The position numbers and the translations under genes are program-made. A DNA stretch of 64,000 nt from Octopus sinensis (taxonomy: Eukaryota). The notes below the pieces were generated by a model that saw only the letters and a program-made list of their open reading frames with translations, was not told the DNA's origin and searched no databases. The first letter of the stretch is position 1, and every line of letters starts with the position of its first letter. This document shows, one piece after another, positions 60,460-64,000 of the stretch. The stretch lies in the NCBI RefSeq assembly GCF_006345805.1, contig NC_042998.1:142910001-142974000 (forward strand), in the 5' to 3' direction.

Positions 60460-60622
60460 AACTAATCCATTCTTGTTGCTTTTTTCTCGTATATATATAT
60501 ATATATATATATATTGCGTAAGTTATCGGAAAAACCACCAGCTGGTTTGTATTTTGCTAAATACATGTATTACCATTGAACAAATTTTCTTTTTGTACAA
60601 AAGTCATTTACTGTTGTTAAGA

Positions 60623-60905
60623 AAACTAAAATAGCTTAATTACTAACCCAACATATGGAAACAAAATTACATCTTTTATCAGGAAATAAAATCACAAGAA
60701 ATACCATAAATAATAGTTATGGTTATTAAACAAATAATACTTTATTTAAATATTATAAATAACTATTATTTATAATATTTAAATAAAGTATTATTTGTTT
60801 AATAACCATAACTATTATTTATGGTATTTCTTGTGATTTTATTTCCTGATAAAAGATGTAATTTTGTTTCCATATGTTGGGTTAGTAATTAAGCTATTTT
60901 AGTTT
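60623..60905. repeat. Perfect AT-rich palindrome, 140-bp arms, 3-nt loop
   Basis: 60623-60762 is the reverse complement of 60766-60905; loop CTA. Confidence 0.95.
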
Positions 60906-62031
60906 GGTGAAAATAGATTTGAATTATCGCTTCACATCTGCCGGGAGGCATACTTCGTGCTAAATATTTTCTCAAGTTTCTAATGCTATAAAAATGGCTT
61001 CAAGACTTCTTTAGGGATTCTAAGAATGTCAAATTTCAAAACTTTCAAATTAAAACTATTATTCGCTTATCTCATACTTTGCTTTTGTTTTATTAATTAA
61101 GCAATTAATATCATTATCTAATATCTATTTCCATTGCCATTGTTTCAATAATTACATTTTTAGAGATGGTCGCACAGAAAAGATTTTAAAGAATATTATG
61201 GATTATAATTTAGTTTCAACAACCGGTAGTGATCTGAGGCATTACGAGGCCTTTGAGACGTAGGAATACTAACCCTTATTGCGCTGGTTGAATTTTTGCT
61301 GGTGATATAACACGTTAATCATATGCAAATCAGTTCACGAAACCTCTTCCTATTGGCCAGTGTAAATAAGAAATGCGTACTACACCATATAAACTGTGGA
61401 AGATTTCGGAAGGTTCCTGTGTCCGATGTGCAACTGCATGGAACAGGGGCTACACAATTTCCACAACCAACTCGATTGGATTAATAGTTTGTATTCTGTT
61501 TAAATGATTGCAGTGATGTTATTGGTGGAAAACACAGACAAGGAAAAAGCTTTAGAAAAATACGGTTCTAGTAGGTTTTTATTGCTGCTTGGTCCCAGGC
61601 GAGCTATAAATCGTGATTTTCAATCACAGGCAAAAGAAGTCTTTTTTTTGTTTAATAGACAAAAAAAAAATCGTTTGAATTAAAGTGTATAGATAAAATG
61701 AGCGGAAATAGGCCACTATATTGTTATATGAATTAAAAATTCATTTTTATTTGTTGAGATAAAAAAATCCACTGATTTGACTAATCATTACTGATACTAA
61801 TTACGATTCTAGTCTAACAACGACTCTGAACGCGTGCAAGTGATATATGATTTATAGAATATTTAAAAACTTCTAAAATTATTTTTTGAAATAAGATTGT
61901 ACCGGGGTTGGGGTTAAACATTGCCGTGGGCCGTCATGTTAAACACCTTTAAACTAGAGAATCATCTATGCATCAAAGCCTCCATCCCCATCACAATCGT
62001 ATCACCACGACCACCACCACTATTATAACCT

Positions 62032-62428
62032 ACAAGCAGTATCGCCCGGCGTTGCTCGGGTTGTAAGGGAAATAACTATATAAGTATTTTTAGAGAGTTA
62101 TAGCCAAAAAATAGCAAAAAAATGCATTAAAAATTGAAAAAAAATTAAGGTAAATTTTTTTTTTAATCGTTGACACATCGTAGATATTTTTAGAGAGTTA
62201 CTTCCCTTATATAAAAGCGAAAAAAATGCATTAAAATGGAAAAATATGATGGTAAATTTTTTTTAAATCGTAGACTCATCGTAGACGCACGCTAATACCC
62301 AGAAGGGCTCGATATGAATCACGACTATAAGATACCCGCTTTTGGTGAAACTGCACCGCAAAATGTGGGAGTAGTTAGGAATCTAAATCGTAGGAGACAG
62401 ACACACAACTTCACTCTTATATAAAGAT
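62032..62428 (+). mobile_element. Helitron/Helentron-like non-autonomous element
   Basis: 5' ACAAGCAGTATCGCCCGGCGTTGCTCGGG with small hairpin, internal ~105-bp tandem duplication, ACAGAC tract and 3' TTATATAAAGAT end; no TSD or long TIR. Confidence 0.6.
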
Positions 62429-62444
62429 GCTTCTTTTTTTTTCA

Positions 62445-62759
62445 GTCATAGAGTTAGATTTATGAAGGTCTTCAGTAGAAAATCCTTCGAATTCTGACTC
62501 GCTGCTTGATATAATGAAATTCGTATCCATTTTTTGTCAGAATTACAAATTTTGAAAACACAATAGGAACAAATTTCGGAAAAAAATCTCCCATAATTCA
62601 CGGAATTAAAATTACACTTCGATTTTTGTACAAAACTGTAGTTGAAGTGTTTACGAAGTATAATACGTGTTTTCACGAATGTACTAAAGAGATTTGCTCT
62701 GATATTCTCATTTAAATATGAATAGGTAAATTCGGGCGGCTTGGTAACGAAAGGGTTAA
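62445..62759 (-). mobile_element. Possible piggyBac-type non-autonomous element end
   Basis: Minus strand begins TTAACCCTTTCGTTACC (TTAA target plus CCC terminus); partner end not found. Confidence 0.4.
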
Positions 62760-63704
62760 ACGGATGCATACATTTATTAATCTCTTATTATAATAACTAT
62801 ATATAAGTGTCGTCTGTTTATACATAAACACTGTTTCATACTGCAATTATATATACATATATCTATATATAATATCATATAATAAAATATATACAGAGTA
62901 AAATAAAAACCAATTTACCTTTTCTGTCCGTCCGTGTGTCTTTGCAAATGTGTTGGAATGATAAGTGAGTTGTGTTTTGGCGCCTTTTTTACTAATAACA
63001 AACACACACGTGTTTGTATGTAGTTGTATGTGTATGTAGTTGTATGTGTATGTAGTTGTATGTAGTTGTATATGTATGTGTATGCGTGTGTGTGAGGAAT
63101 GACACACACACACTCACGCACGCACACATGTACATCAATGCTTTCGGAGTGATATGTTAAAATATTGAGTTTTCTCGAATTTTGTCTTAATTGGTGGTAA
63201 AATTGAAAGAAATTTTTTATGGCATCACCCACTGAAGTACTCTGAAAAATCATGGGTACACTCTAATTGAAGAAATTGTGTGAGGAGTAAATTGTTATGT
63301 ATTTATTTGTTTCTGTTTGCTGTGTTTCTTTATTTTTTGAGTAGTGGTTTAAATACTTTCAGTTTAGTCTTCCTCAAATCACTCTGTCGCTATTTACTTT
63401 CATTTTATTCGTTGTACACTGTGTGTGTGCGTTTGCGTGTGCTGTAAACCAGACTAAGAAAAGCATTTGACATACACACCACAATGTGAGTTTTCTGTAA
63501 ATTTTGCTTAATTGGAGTTTAAATTTTAAAAACTGGACCTGGCATGACCCGATGCATTCTACTCTTAAAAATGCTAGGTAAATTGTAATTGAAGAAATCC
63601 TATATTGTAGATTTGTATAACTCCCAAAGGGAGGCAGATAAAATCTGCCTTTTATAATAAGAGATAAAATCTGCCTTTTATAATAAGAGATAAGAGATAC
63701 GAGT

Positions 63705-63890
63705 AAAACCCACCACCACACCACCACCACCACCGCTACCACCACCACCACCACACCACCACCACCACACCACCACCACAACCACCACCACCACCACCAC
63801 CACCACCAACAACAACAACAACTAGCACCACTAACTAGTACCATGTTTACCAGCACAATACTATCACCAACACCCACACCCTTCCTACCA
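63705..63890. repeat. (CCA/CAA)n low-complexity tract
   Basis: Direct runs. Confidence 0.9.
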
Positions 63891-64000
63891 ATACCCAAGA
63901 ATTCAGGCTGGTGACTGTCAGAAAATTTGAAACGATCAAGATCGTCACTCTTGAGGCCTATTTTTTTTAAAACCTTGAATCTACTTTTGTAAACAACATA

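Larger units (their letters stand above)
59574..60490. repeat. Near-perfect inverted repeat, 426-bp arms with 65-bp spacer (probable inverted PLE pseudo-LTR)
   Basis: 59574-59999 is the reverse complement of 60065-60490; I see three substitutions. Confidence 0.95.

Noticed and set aside
61320-61470. Octamer and ATTGG motifs with a downstream hairpin suggesting an snRNA or snoRNA
   Set aside because: No recognisable snRNA sequence, Sm site or convincing H/ACA or C/D boxes.
63630-63690. GGCAGAT-AAA-ATCTGCC-TTTT hairpin resembling an intrinsic terminator
   Set aside because: Bacterial terminators are irrelevant here; it sits in a 26-bp tandem duplication with no associated gene.

Overview
This is eukaryotic, AT-rich, extremely repeat-dense non-genic DNA. 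The tRNA-headed SINE families and the microsatellite load look like an octopus (coleoid cephalopod) genome; that is an inference from remembered repeat sequences, not a database result. I recognise no intact host protein-coding gene. Most ORFs in the supplied track are translations of simple repeats, and the rest are decayed transposon proteins. Retroelements: several Penelope-like elements (PLEs; RT thumb plus GIY-YIG endonuclease), R4/Dong-type and other restriction-like-endonuclease LINEs, a Tx1/L1-type RT and a CR1/L2-type RT scrap. DNA transposons: Tigger/pogo, Buster-type hAT, a second hAT-like family, three mariners and a Helentron-like non-autonomous element. The most interesting signals are: (1) about a dozen hammerhead-ribozyme-like motifs tied to PLE termini, including a complete type I hammerhead in each arm of a 426-bp near-perfect inverted repeat at 59.6-60.5 kb, next to a perfect 140-bp-arm palindrome; (2) a TAA-microsatellite-targeted retroposon system (R4/Dong LINEs plus a non-coding ~560-bp partner) at 21 kb and 28-31 kb; (3) two PLE copies with a long low-complexity expansion between the GIY and YIG motifs; (4) a three-level mariner>hAT>mariner nest, with a terminus-less copy of the hAT interior inside a neighbouring Buster element; (5) a candidate promoter/first exon (YY1 motifs plus GTAAGT donor) and a dense bHLH/bZIP motif cluster at 35-37 kb; (6) a G-U-stabilised pre-miRNA-like hairpin at 16.3 kb. 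Repeat boundaries were read by eye and are approximate unless a TSD or TIR is quoted.
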